DNA from: Algiphilus sp. | Lineage (GTDB): Bacteria; Pseudomonadota; Gammaproteobacteria; Nevskiales; Nevskiaceae | Length of the DNA: 64,000 bases | Direction of reading: 5' to 3' | NCBI RefSeq assembly: GCF_023145115.1 | Contig: NZ_JAGLEJ010000002.1 | Span: 26,717 to 90,716, forward strand | Part shown: one piece after another, positions 9,331 to 18,276 of the stretch | How the letters are laid out: each line of letters begins with the position of its first letter | Numbering within the stretch: the first letter of the stretch is position 1 | Position numbers and translations under genes: made by a program | Notes under the pieces: model-generated | What the model was told of the DNA's origin: nothing | Seen by the model: only the letters and a program-made list of their open reading frames with translations | Databases searched by the model: none

Positions 9331-10385
9331 GCCGTCGCTCCGCGCAGTCCGGCGCGCCGGCGGGCGTCGCCGTGCGCCTGCAGCGCCTGGCACCAGTCGA
9401 GATGGTCGAGATACCAGGTCACCGTGCGTCGCAGACCCGACTCGAAGCTTTCGCGCGGGCGCCAGCCGAGCTCGTCACGGATGCGGGTGGCATCGATGGC
9501 GTAGCGCTGGTCGTGGCCAGGGCGGTCGGTCACGTGGGTGATCAGCGAGGCATACGGCCTCGTGCCCGGTGCCAGCTCGTCGAGCAGCTCGCAGAGCGTG
9601 TGCACCACCTCGATGTTGCGGCGCTCGCTGTTGCCGCCGATGTTGTAGTCGCGCCCCACGGCGCCGTCGCGCAGGACCGTGAGCAGCGCCGCGGCGTGAT
9701 CCTCGACGAAGAGCCAGTCGCGCACGTTGCTGCCGTTGCCGTAGACGGGCAGCGCCTTGCCCTCCAGCGCGTTGAGCAGCATCAGCGGGATCAGCTTCTC
9801 GGGGAACTGATAGGGCCCGTAGTTGTTCGAGCAATTGGTCAGCAGCACCGGCAGCCCGTAGGTGTGGTGCCAGGCACGGACCAGATGGTCGGACGACGCC
9901 TTGCTGGCCGAATACGGCGAGCGCGGCGAATAGGCGGTGGTTTCGGTGAACTGCCCCTCGGCGCCGAGGCTGCCGAAGACCTCGTCGGTGGAGACGTGGT
10001 GGAAGCGGAAGCGCGTCGCTCGCTCGGCGGGCAGCTGCTCGAAGTAGCGTAGCGCCGCCTGCAGCAGCTCGAAGGTGCCCACGATGTTGGTCTGCACGAA
10101 GGCGCCGGGCCCGTCGATGGACCGGTCGACGTGCGACTCGGCCGCCAGGTGCACGATGGCGTCCGGCTGGTGGCGCGCCAGCACGCCGGCGACCGCGGCA
10201 CCGTCGCAGATATCGACCCGCTCCAGCGTGTAGCGGCCGGTGCTGGCGGCATCCTCCAGCGCCTCCGGGCTCGCCGAGTAGGTGAGCTTGTCGACGTTCA
10301 CGACCACGCAGTCGGTCGTTCGCAGCACGTGACGGATGAATGCGGAGCCGATGAACCCGGCGCCCCCTGTGACCAGAAGTTTCAT
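9327..10385 (-). CDS. rfbB: dTDP-glucose 4,6-dehydratase
   Basis: [14 protein letters not shown]...[12 protein letters not shown]...[22 protein letters not shown] is the RmlB signature. Confidence 0.95.
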   Translation of the reverse strand: MKLLVTGGAGFIGSAFIRHVLRTTDCVVVNVDKLTYSASPEALEDAASTGRYTLERVDICDGAAVAGVLARHQPDAIVHLAAESHVDRSIDGPGAFVQTNIVGTFELLQAALRYFEQLPAERATRFRFHHVSTDEVFGSLGAEGQFTETTAYSPRSPYSASKASSDHLVRAWHHTYGLPVLLTNCSNNYGPYQFPEKLIPLMLLNALEGKALPVYGNGSNVRDWLFVEDHAAALLTVLRDGAVGRDYNIGGNSERRNIEVVHTLCELLDELAPGTRPYASLITHVTDRPGHDQRYAIDATRIRDELGWRPRESFESGLRRTVTWYLDHLDWCQALQAHGDARRRAGLRGATA

Positions 10386-10602
10386 GCAGCAGCTTTGGAA
10401 GTGCGCCCGAGGATGGCCGCTCCCGGGCCGGCGCTGAGCGCGGCCGCGGATGCGTTCGACAGGCCGACATTATGCGATGAACGCGCCGATTCCGTGACGG
10501 GGCACGTTTTTGCCGCAGTGCAGTAACTGCTAGCATGCCGGCTCCGGCGCCGGCAGGGTCTGGCGTCAACACCCCGGATTCGATGCGCCTGGACCCCCTC
10601 GG

Positions 10603-11682
10603 ATGCTGACCGTTCTCCTACTGGTGCTGGCCACGAGCGTCATGCTCAACGCCGGCATCGTGCTCACCCGCAGGTGGCACATCGCGGTCACCGGCGATGC
10701 GGTCGTGGCCGGTTCCTACAAGAAGCACCGGGAACCGGTGCCCCGCATCGGCGGCCTCGCCATCTTCCTGGCGCTGACGCTCGGGGTGGTGCTGGCCGCA
10801 CCCTGGCTCTATCCCAGCATCAATTACGTGTTCTGGGCCATGACTGCCTGCGTGGCGCTGATGTTCGGCATCGGTTTCCTCGAGGACCTCACCGGCAAGG
10901 TCCGGCCCACCATCCGCTATCTGGTCTGCATCGCGGCGGCGCTCGTGTTCAGCCTGGCCAACGCCCGGTTGGGCATCAGCTCGGTCGCCATCCCGTGGGT
11001 CGATCAGGCGCTCGCCTACGCCCCGGTGAGCGTGCTGTTCTTCGCCTTCGCGGTGGCCGGCATGACCCACGCCAGCAACCTCATCGACGGCCAGAACGGG
11101 CTCTGCGCCGGATTCTCGCTGCTCGCCTTCCTGGCCCTCGGGCTCGCGGCCGGCGCCTCCGGGCAGGTCGCGCTCGCGGCGCTCTGCGAGATCGCCATCG
11201 CCGCCACTCTCGGCTTCCTGCTGTTCAACTTTCCGCACGGCCGCATCTTCCTGGGCGACGGCGGCGCCTATCTCAACGGCGCCGTGGTCGCGATCCTGGC
11301 CGTGCTGGTGGTCAACGGCGCTTCCGGCATCTCCCCGTGGCTCGCGGTGGCGGTGCTCATCTACCCGGTGACCGAGACCTTCTACAGCATGATCCGGCGC
11401 CGCCGCGAGGGCCGCCCGTTCTACGAGCCCGACGACGCCCATCTCCACCACCTGCTGCGCGACCTCGCCGTCGCCCGGGGCTGGCCGCTGGCGCGCGTGC
11501 CGGCCCTGATGCCGCTGGCGATGATGGCGCCGTTCATGCTGGCCGCTCCGTTCGGTGCGCACTCCACGCCCGTCATGCTGGCGTACTGTGCAGCCTTCGC
11601 AGTGCTTTACGTCGCGGTCTACCGCGCGGCGAGCGCGTCCCTGTCGAAGGCGCGGGAAGAAGCCGTGCAGATGGGCGAGTAG
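10603..11682 (+). CDS. Polyprenyl-phosphate HexNAc-1-phosphate transferase (WecA/WbpL/MraY superfamily) - initiating enzyme
   Basis: 359 aa polytopic membrane protein with HREPVPRIGGLAIF, NLIDGQNGLCAGF and FLGDGGAYLNG motifs typical of this family. Confidence 0.85.
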   Translation: MLTVLLLVLATSVMLNAGIVLTRRWHIAVTGDAVVAGSYKKHREPVPRIGGLAIFLALTLGVVLAAPWLYPSINYVFWAMTACVALMFGIGFLEDLTGKVRPTIRYLVCIAAALVFSLANARLGISSVAIPWVDQALAYAPVSVLFFAFAVAGMTHASNLIDGQNGLCAGFSLLAFLALGLAAGASGQVALAALCEIAIAATLGFLLFNFPHGRIFLGDGGAYLNGAVVAILAVLVVNGASGISPWLAVAVLIYPVTETFYSMIRRRREGRPFYEPDDAHLHHLLRDLAVARGWPLARVPALMPLAMMAPFMLAAPFGAHSTPVMLAYCAAFAVLYVAVYRAASASLSKAREEAVQMGE

Positions 11683-11724
11683 CGCAGCAATCAGTCCGGC
11701 GCACCGGCCCACCCACAGGTATGC

Positions 11725-12849
11725 GTGCATTCGATGTCGATCAATTACAGCTGGGCCCTGGAGCGGTTCAAGCGGAAGCAGTTTCCCGAGATCGTGTCCA
11801 CCGGGGGCGCATTCCTGGAAGATCACAGCGGGCGCATTGCCGCGTCGGACGAGCTCATCAAGCTGGGTGACATCACTCTGCGGGCTGCGCTCATGCTCGG
11901 TGATCGCGCCCGAACCGATCGCTTGCTCGATGTGTGCGGCAACCTGGGAGCGCTGTCGCACTTCCGGGCAGCGACCGACCTTCAGGACGGAGACATCGAG
12001 GCGGCATGGTTCAGCCTCGCCAACGCCACGCCCTACAACCCCGACCACCACGGATTCTGGTCCCTGGGCCTCAATAGCGTGGTGCGCAACCCCGACTGGC
12101 TGCGCTACGCAGAGCGCGGATGCACCTTCCGGTCGCCAGCAACGGAAGCCGTCGTTGGCGGTGCCCGGTCATCGCCACGATATGCCGTGGTGTTCTCGTC
12201 GGATTCGGGCTACTTCAAGCGATTCTTCGAGCAGGGCATCGCGAGCCTCCGGCGGAACTGCTCGCACTTCCGAGCCTACTACTACGTCATCGAGCCCGAC
12301 GAGGAGTGTGTGCGCCTGATGCACATGCATGCCGCGGAGGACGTCGAGTTCCTGATCGATGCAGAGCCCCAGAGGCGGGGCGACAAGTCCTACTTCGCGA
12401 CGACGCGATTCTTCGCCGCGGACAGGGTGGTCAGGGAAACGGGACTGCCGGCCTTCATCTTCGATATCGACTCGTGCGTTCTGGCGGATCTCGCGACCCT
12501 GCTCTCGTCCGTGGAATGGCCTCGGGGGAAGACGGTCTGTCGCTTCATGGGGGGATTGGCGTTGCCGTGGCACAAGATCGTCGCGAATGCCATGTACGTT
12601 CCGCCAACTCGCGAGGGGCGTCAGTATCTGGAGGCCGTCTGTGCATACCTCCGCCACGTCTACAGCCGCTCATCCCGCGAGCGCTTGTGGTGGCTCGACC
12701 AGAACGCACTCTACTTCGCCTTTCTTGCGCGACAGCAAGGCGATTTCGCGAACTTCCCGGGGTGGGCAATGAACCGATACGTGCACTATCCAAGGATGTT
12801 CGAGGACAAGGACAAGGTGATGGCCGGTCGAAAGGGGGGCGCGGGGTAG
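11725..12849 (+). CDS. Hypothetical protein, possible GT-A-fold glycosyltransferase
   Basis: 374 aa in visibly lower-GC DNA than its neighbours. C-terminal half has RYAVVFSSDSGYFKRF ... LPAFIFDIDSCVLADL (DxD-like). No family recognised with certainty. The start may be the ATG at 11734. Confidence 0.5.
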   Translation: MHSMSINYSWALERFKRKQFPEIVSTGGAFLEDHSGRIAASDELIKLGDITLRAALMLGDRARTDRLLDVCGNLGALSHFRAATDLQDGDIEAAWFSLANATPYNPDHHGFWSLGLNSVVRNPDWLRYAERGCTFRSPATEAVVGGARSSPRYAVVFSSDSGYFKRFFEQGIASLRRNCSHFRAYYYVIEPDEECVRLMHMHAAEDVEFLIDAEPQRRGDKSYFATTRFFAADRVVRETGLPAFIFDIDSCVLADLATLLSSVEWPRGKTVCRFMGGLALPWHKIVANAMYVPPTREGRQYLEAVCAYLRHVYSRSSRERLWWLDQNALYFAFLARQQGDFANFPGWAMNRYVHYPRMFEDKDKVMAGRKGGAG

Positions 12850-12857
12850 TCCGTGGC

Positions 12858-15800
12858 TCAGGTGGTCTCTCGCGCGACCGCACGCCAGTCATTGCGCACG
12901 AACATGGATCGAAAGGCATCCCTGTCGCTGCTCCGCAACGTGCTCGTCGCCTGCTGGAGGAAGTGATAGAGCTTGGCATGCGGGGTGTAGATGATGCGCT
13001 TGCCGGCAATGCGGCGGACCGCTTCGCAGTACAGGCGATCGGAGCGATAGTGCGGTGCGTTCTCGTGATCGAGCGGGCCGAGAGTGTCCAGGGTTGCCCT
13101 CGGGATGTAGACACAGAAGAAGGGAGCGAAGCTCAGCTCGATATAGCCCGCGGGTCCGGATAGCGGCCGGAGCACATTGTCGTGGTGGGCGGAGAGGTTG
13201 ACCTCGATTTCGCGTTCCGGGTCGCAGGCGGGGCTGTGCGTACGGGTGGTCTTGGTGCCGGCGAGCAGCGTCTGACGCGACACCACCAGGCCCGCATCCG
13301 GCACATCTTCCAGGACGCGCTGCATGGCGCCGTCCCAGCCCGGGCAGACAACCGCATCGTTGTTGAGCAGTACGATGTCACTGTCGGCTGCGGCCGATTC
13401 AATGCCCTGGTTGACGGCATAGGTGAAGCCGTAGTTGCGCTCGTTGAGGATGACGCGGATATCGGGGTCATCCGCAATGCGCGACAGGTAGCTGCGTACT
13501 GGCTGCGAGGAGGCGTTGTCGACCACGATCAGACGGTATGGCGCTTCGGTGAAGGCGCGGACCGATTCGATGCAGAGCTGCAGGTGCTCCGGGCACTCGA
13601 AACTGGGGATGACGATCCCGAGCGGACGCCGTATCCGCGGAACGGGCCGGTGCTCCGGCGCGAACATCGCTTCCAGCCCCGGCACGCGGTGTCCCGGCAG
13701 CGCGTGCGCCAGCGGCTCGCGCGCGAGCGTTGCGCTTAGCGCCGCATTCTCGTCGAGCGATGACGCCGCCTCGGCAGCCGGGTCCCTGCCCTGGCGCTCG
13801 CTCAGCAGGCACGGCACCGCGACGCCGGCACTGGATGCGGAAATCGCCAGCAGGAAGGCCTGCCCGGACAGGTGGTCGAGGTCGGTGTCGAATCCGCCCG
13901 AAGACTCGGCTGCCGCACGTCGGCAGAGAACGCTGCCCAGGTCGATGTAGTCGCGATTCTCAAGCATTGCGCGCGCGAACATCGCGAAGGTTATGGCGTC
14001 GGGCTCCGTGTCCCCGGACGCGATGTCGAATCGGGTGCTCTGCGCGCTGTAGGCGAAGGGCGCTTCGGGCGCCTCCTGCAGCGTATCGAGCAGAATGGTG
14101 ATCGCGTGCGGCATCGGCCGGTGGTGGGGCTCCAGCCACATCAGATGGTCTCCGCCGGCCTTCGCCATTCCGGCGTTGCGCGCCGCCGCGATCCCGGGTT
14201 CGGTGACGGGGACGGTGCGCACGCGCGCGTCCTGCAGGGCCTCGCGCAGGCCTTCGACCTCGGCTCCGCCGACGAGCAGGAGCTCGATATTGTCGTGGCT
14301 CTGGGCGAGCACGCTCCGCGCCGCTTCGCCCGCCGCCTGGATCTCTTCTGCGTCGCAGTGGAGGATCACCGACACGCGGTCGTCGAGATTCCGCGAGGCC
14401 GCGCGCGCGCGACGATGGCGTTCGACCGCGTGCATGTGCCCGATTACGCGCTTTGCTTCCTCGGAGAACGGTGCGCGCAATGGTGGCAGGAACAGTGAGC
14501 GGCGCTCGAAGCTCTCGTAGTCGGTGAAGCCCGGCCCCTCGGGATCGGTTGAAGCCGGTGGGGGCGTTGGCGGGGGCGCCGGAGCCGGGGTAGGAGCCGA
14601 CTCAGTCGAGGGGGTGGGGGGCGTGATGTCCGCGAACTTGCGGCGGATGGCCGCTTCGTTGTCGGCCAGCGATTGCGTCAGCGTTATGTTGGAAAGGCCC
14701 TCAGCGATGTAGTACGCACACATCGCGTACGGATTGAATACCGGCTCGTGCTGGTGGGTGTAGCGGAGGATGAGGTCCCAGTCGACCAGTCGCGTCAGCG
14801 ACTCGTCGAAGCCGCCCAGCGCCTCGTAGACTTCGCGGTGGTGGGAAAAGACGTTGAGATCGATGTAGTTGCGCGCCAGCAAGCGGGACCAGTCGAAGGG
14901 TAGATGGCGGATGAACTCGCGACCCCCCACCTCGTCATGGACATGCACGCACGCGTACGCGGTGCGCCTCTCCGGATGTCGCGCGTATCCGGCCGCGGTC
15001 ATTAGCAGATAGTCCGGGTGCCAGGTGTTGTCGGAATCCAGCCACGCAATCCATGGTCCCTCGGCCGCGCGCAATCCGGCATTGCGTGCAGCACAGACAC
15101 CGCCATGCGGCAGTGCGAGGTAACGCAGTCGCCCGCGCGCGAACTCGTCGGCATAGCGTTCCCTCACGTATTCGGCAGTGCCGTCGGTGCTGCCGTCGTC
15201 GCAGATGATCAACTCCCAGTCGGGGTAGGACTGCGCGATCACCGAATCGATGGCCTTGTCGATGACGTCACGCCGGTTCCACGTCGGCATGATGATGCTG
15301 AACCGGCCCACGGGCGCTTTCTCCAGCGCGGTGCGAGCCTCGGTCGCGCGCTCGGGAGTGACCATGAGCGCGCGCGCCTGTTCGGAACGGGGGTCGATCT
15401 TGTCCTGCACCGGCGCCGGCACGGGGCGCACGGACGCAGTCGTGCCGGTGGTCGGCCGCGTTCCGAGTCGTCCTTCATCGCGCCCGACGAGCAGATAGTG
15501 CCAGAGTGCCGGTACGCCGGCGCGCTCGATTTCCGGATAGCGCTTGCGGTACCAGGCCAGGTCGAAGCGAGCACTCGGTGAGCGGCTCTCGGCCTGACCA
15601 TGGTGCAGGTAGTGACGCAGCGGATCCACGCCGGCGCGAGCAACGTCGCGGTAGCGGGTGAGGTACCAGTGCGGATCGAAGTGCGGTCCGGGCGCGCGCA
15701 TCTCGTCCGGCCCGTGCTCCAGGTAGTGGAACAGCGGGTTGAGCCCGGCCTCCGCGACGTCGGGATACTGCTCCAGATACCAGCTCGGATCGAAGAGCGG

Positions 15801-17417
15801 ATTGGGCTCGCGCCCCTCGCGCCAGCCCACGGCCAGCCAGTGCCACAACGGGTGGGCGCCATCCAGCGCGATGTCCGGATAGCGCAGCAGATACCACTCG
15901 GCATCGAACAAGCCGGTCCCGCGCAGCATGCGGGCCTGGCGCATCAGGCGGGCGTGCTCGCGCGGGCCGGTGGCGGCGCCGAACAGACGCAGCGGTGGCA
16001 CGCTGCGCGGGATGTGGACGGGTGTCTCGTCGGGGCGCAGGGCCCGCCGCCACCGCGCTGCCTTCCAGGGGGGCGGCTGCCACTGCAGGCGATGGAGGCG
16101 GCGAAGGGTGGCGAGGCGCTGCGAGAGCGCCCCCAGATTGCGCCGTCGCTCGGCGGTGAGGGCGGCTTCGTGTGTCGCGATCCGGTCACGCTGCTGTCGA
16201 TGTTCCGCCTCGAGCCGGTCGATGCGCTGCTTCTGCCACGCAATGCCACGCTTGAGCTCGTTCGTCCGCTCCCGGTGCCAGCGCACACCCTGCTCGAATC
16301 GGTCGCGCTCGGTGACGGCTTCACGATGGGCATCCTGCAGCGCCTCGATGCGGGATGCCTGCTCACGGATGCGCTCGTCGCGTTCACGGAGCGCGCTGGC
16401 CTGTTCCTCGGTCGTGGCTCGCTGTTGCTGCAGGGCCTCGGCCGCTTCGCGATGCTTCTCCTCCTTGCTCGTGGCCTTGGCATGCGCGGACCGCCGCGCC
16501 GCGACCTCTTCGCCGAACAACGGCCCCAGCGCCTCGGAGGCGCGATCGAGCTCGGTCCGGAGGGTATCGAGCCGGTCGACCGATTCCGGATTCTCGGGTT
16601 GCCGGCAGAGAATGGTGAGCGCCTCGGTCGCTTCCCGCACCCAGCGGGAGACGGTGGGGTCGGTGAAGAAGGCGTCAGTATCCACTGCATGATGACGCAG
16701 CCGACTGACCAGGAAGTCGTCCAGTGCATCCGCGGCATCCGATTCCGCGCGCGGATAGCGGATCGCCAGGCGCTCACTGATGGCGCTGGTGACACTGCGC
16801 CAGTCGTCCAGCAGGTCGGTATAGGCCACGAACACGCGCGGCCGCCCCCGGGTCGCATGCTCGGCATCGAGCACATGCCGCAGCCACAGGATGTGTCCCT
16901 TGGGCAGAGCGAAACCGTTGCGCTGCTGCAGCGACGCTGCTACCTCGGCGGGGCTGCGCAGCGGGATGATGGCTCGCGCGTCGGCACCGAAGCGTTCGAT
17001 GACCTCTTGCCAGAACGGCACCATGCGACAGATGCGCGGGTCCTTGAGAACGAAGAGCGCGGTGTTCGTGAAGTCGCGCTGTAGCAGCGCCACGGCTTCA
17101 TTGAGCAGACTTTCGCGTATTTCCGGGTCCAGCCGAGTCGTATCCAGTGGTCGCCAATCGTCCCAGTGCGATCCGAATGCATCTAGGACGCGGTCGTTCA
17201 GACGCTGGATATCGACGGACTCCCAGAATCCTGCCTCGTTCGCCGGACGCGCAGCCATGAGGTTGTCCGGCAACGCCGCGCCGAGAAGGCTCATCGCGCG
17301 GGTCAGGGCGGAGGTTCCGCTCCGGTGCATCCCGAGCACGAGCAACGCGGTGCCGCGCTCGGCGCCGGATGCCGCCGTGGGGTGCCGCTGCATGGGGTCT
17401 GTGGTCTCGCTGTCCAT
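12858..17417 (-). CDS. 1519-aa multidomain enzyme: sulfotransferase, coiled coil, 4 WY/HYL repeats, GT2, Pro-rich linker, degenerate GT2-like, GT2
   Basis: Sulfotransferase motifs GMHRSGTSAL (5'-PSB-like) and LRSPAEVAASL (3'-PB-like) at aa 29-165. Heptad-rich Arg/Glu/Gln region at aa ~285-445. Four ~38-aa repeats at aa 500-650. FSIIMPTWNRRDVIDKAIDSVIAQSYPDWELIICDDGSTDGT...AWLDSDN (GT2). TPPTPSTESAPTPAPAPPPTPPPAS linker. VSVILHCD...WLEPHH (GT2-like with DxD lost). LGIVIPSFECPEHL...LIVVDNASS...LLNNDAVV (GT2). Start taken at ATG 17417 (alternative 17393); the first 160 aa of the track ORF look non-coding. Confidence 0.85.
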   Translation of the reverse strand: MDSETTDPMQRHPTAASGAERGTALLVLGMHRSGTSALTRAMSLLGAALPDNLMAARPANEAGFWESVDIQRLNDRVLDAFGSHWDDWRPLDTTRLDPEIRESLLNEAVALLQRDFTNTALFVLKDPRICRMVPFWQEVIERFGADARAIIPLRSPAEVAASLQQRNGFALPKGHILWLRHVLDAEHATRGRPRVFVAYTDLLDDWRSVTSAISERLAIRYPRAESDAADALDDFLVSRLRHHAVDTDAFFTDPTVSRWVREATEALTILCRQPENPESVDRLDTLRTELDRASEALGPLFGEEVAARRSAHAKATSKEEKHREAAEALQQQRATTEEQASALRERDERIREQASRIEALQDAHREAVTERDRFEQGVRWHRERTNELKRGIAWQKQRIDRLEAEHRQQRDRIATHEAALTAERRRNLGALSQRLATLRRLHRLQWQPPPWKAARWRRALRPDETPVHIPRSVPPLRLFGAATGPREHARLMRQARMLRGTGLFDAEWYLLRYPDIALDGAHPLWHWLAVGWREGREPNPLFDPSWYLEQYPDVAEAGLNPLFHYLEHGPDEMRAPGPHFDPHWYLTRYRDVARAGVDPLRHYLHHGQAESRSPSARFDLAWYRKRYPEIERAGVPALWHYLLVGRDEGRLGTRPTTGTTASVRPVPAPVQDKIDPRSEQARALMVTPERATEARTALEKAPVGRFSIIMPTWNRRDVIDKAIDSVIAQSYPDWELIICDDGSTDGTAEYVRERYADEFARGRLRYLALPHGGVCAARNAGLRAAEGPWIAWLDSDNTWHPDYLLMTAAGYARHPERRTAYACVHVHDEVGGREFIRHLPFDWSRLLARNYIDLNVFSHHREVYEALGGFDESLTRLVDWDLILRYTHQHEPVFNPYAMCAYYIAEGLSNITLTQSLADNEAAIRRKFADITPPTPSTESAPTPAPAPPPTPPPASTDPEGPGFTDYESFERRSLFLPPLRAPFSEEAKRVIGHMHAVERHRRARAASRNLDDRVSVILHCDAEEIQAAGEAARSVLAQSHDNIELLLVGGAEVEGLREALQDARVRTVPVTEPGIAAARNAGMAKAGGDHLMWLEPHHRPMPHAITILLDTLQEAPEAPFAYSAQSTRFDIASGDTEPDAITFAMFARAMLENRDYIDLGSVLCRRAAAESSGGFDTDLDHLSGQAFLLAISASSAGVAVPCLLSERQGRDPAAEAASSLDENAALSATLAREPLAHALPGHRVPGLEAMFAPEHRPVPRIRRPLGIVIPSFECPEHLQLCIESVRAFTEAPYRLIVVDNASSQPVRSYLSRIADDPDIRVILNERNYGFTYAVNQGIESAAADSDIVLLNNDAVVCPGWDGAMQRVLEDVPDAGLVVSRQTLLAGTKTTRTHSPACDPEREIEVNLSAHHDNVLRPLSGPAGYIELSFAPFFCVYIPRATLDTLGPLDHENAPHYRSDRLYCEAVRRIAGKRIIYTPHAKLYHFLQQATSTLRSSDRDAFRSMFVRNDWRAVARETT
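15468..15920 (-). repeat. Protein-level tandem repeats (4 x ~38 aa): LFDxxWYLxxYPDVxxAGxxPLxHYLxxGxxEGRxPxP
   Basis: GLFDAEWYLLRYPDIALDGAHPLWHWLAVGWREGREPNP / LFDPSWYLEQYPDVAEAGLNPLFHYLEHGPDEMRAPGP / HFDPHWYLTRYRDVARAGVDPLRHYLHHGQAESRSPSA / RFDLAWYRKRYPEIERAGVPALWHYLLVGRDEGR. Confidence 0.85.
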
Positions 17418-18276
17418 CAGTGGAATTATGGCTGGATCAGGCAACGCGGCATGACGCCCGATGCCATTGCGTCGCGTTTCGCCGTTGCGACAGCTCGCCC
17501 ACGGTGCGCAGCTATGCGGCACACGCTTAGCGAAAGCGGTTGCGTACGATAGCAATGCAGTGCCTGCAAGCGGATCTTGCCGCCGGTGTGCGCCACGGCT
17601 GGCATGCTCCGGTCCGCGCGGTCTGCGGGACTCTCCGCGGGCAAGGCGGCAGCCGGATGCTGCGCAGTTGCTCGCGCACGCATGCAGCACGGTACGGTGG
17701 GTGTCTGGCGGCACGGCGGTTCTCCCCGTGTCGCGGGGTCGGGCCGCGGCACAGACGCGATCGCCCGATTCACAACGGGCGGGCCCGCGTTCCGGTGCGA
17801 GTGCGACAGCGCGTAAGACCTTGTGATTGCGAGGAATCCTGTCAGGCCGGTCGGACGCGGCCGGGAGGGTGTTGTGGCGCGGGGAAGGAGCGCGCATGCG
17901 CGCGAGCCCGAGCGAGGGGGCGGTGGAGGGCGCTTCTGCCGAGGCACGCCGGTTGTCGGGTGGACGGCTCCGATGATCCGGCTGCGCTTCACCGTGTTAC
18001 GGTGACGGGGAGTGCGGTTGATTCCAAGTCACCGAGTTGCAAAGCAACTTCGGCCGCCGGTCGAAAACGTGAACTTGGTCGCATGTCCCCGATATTGGGG
18101 CTTGCTCAACCGCATCTACTTCGGCATGCTTCGCCGAACCTCAGCGCGGGGTTGCGCGTGCGCTGGAGGTTGATCACGAGTTCGGGGGAATCACCTGAGT
18201 GCAAGCAAACAGTCGTCAGCACGTTGGGACGAACCCGGCTTCAGAAAGTTGTTCTCTTGTACAAGGAGATTTTGGG

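Noticed and set aside
17418-17897. N-terminal 160 aa of track ORF 12858..17897, and similar over-extended N-termini (7014..8540, 7904..9121, 8449..9393, 22849..24750, 31345..34134)
   Set aside because: The extensions are Arg/Pro/Ala-rich and lack homology-like motifs, or they read through the neighbouring gene in another frame. Internal starts with an SD, or with stop-start overlap (ATGA/GTGA), give proteins of canonical family length.
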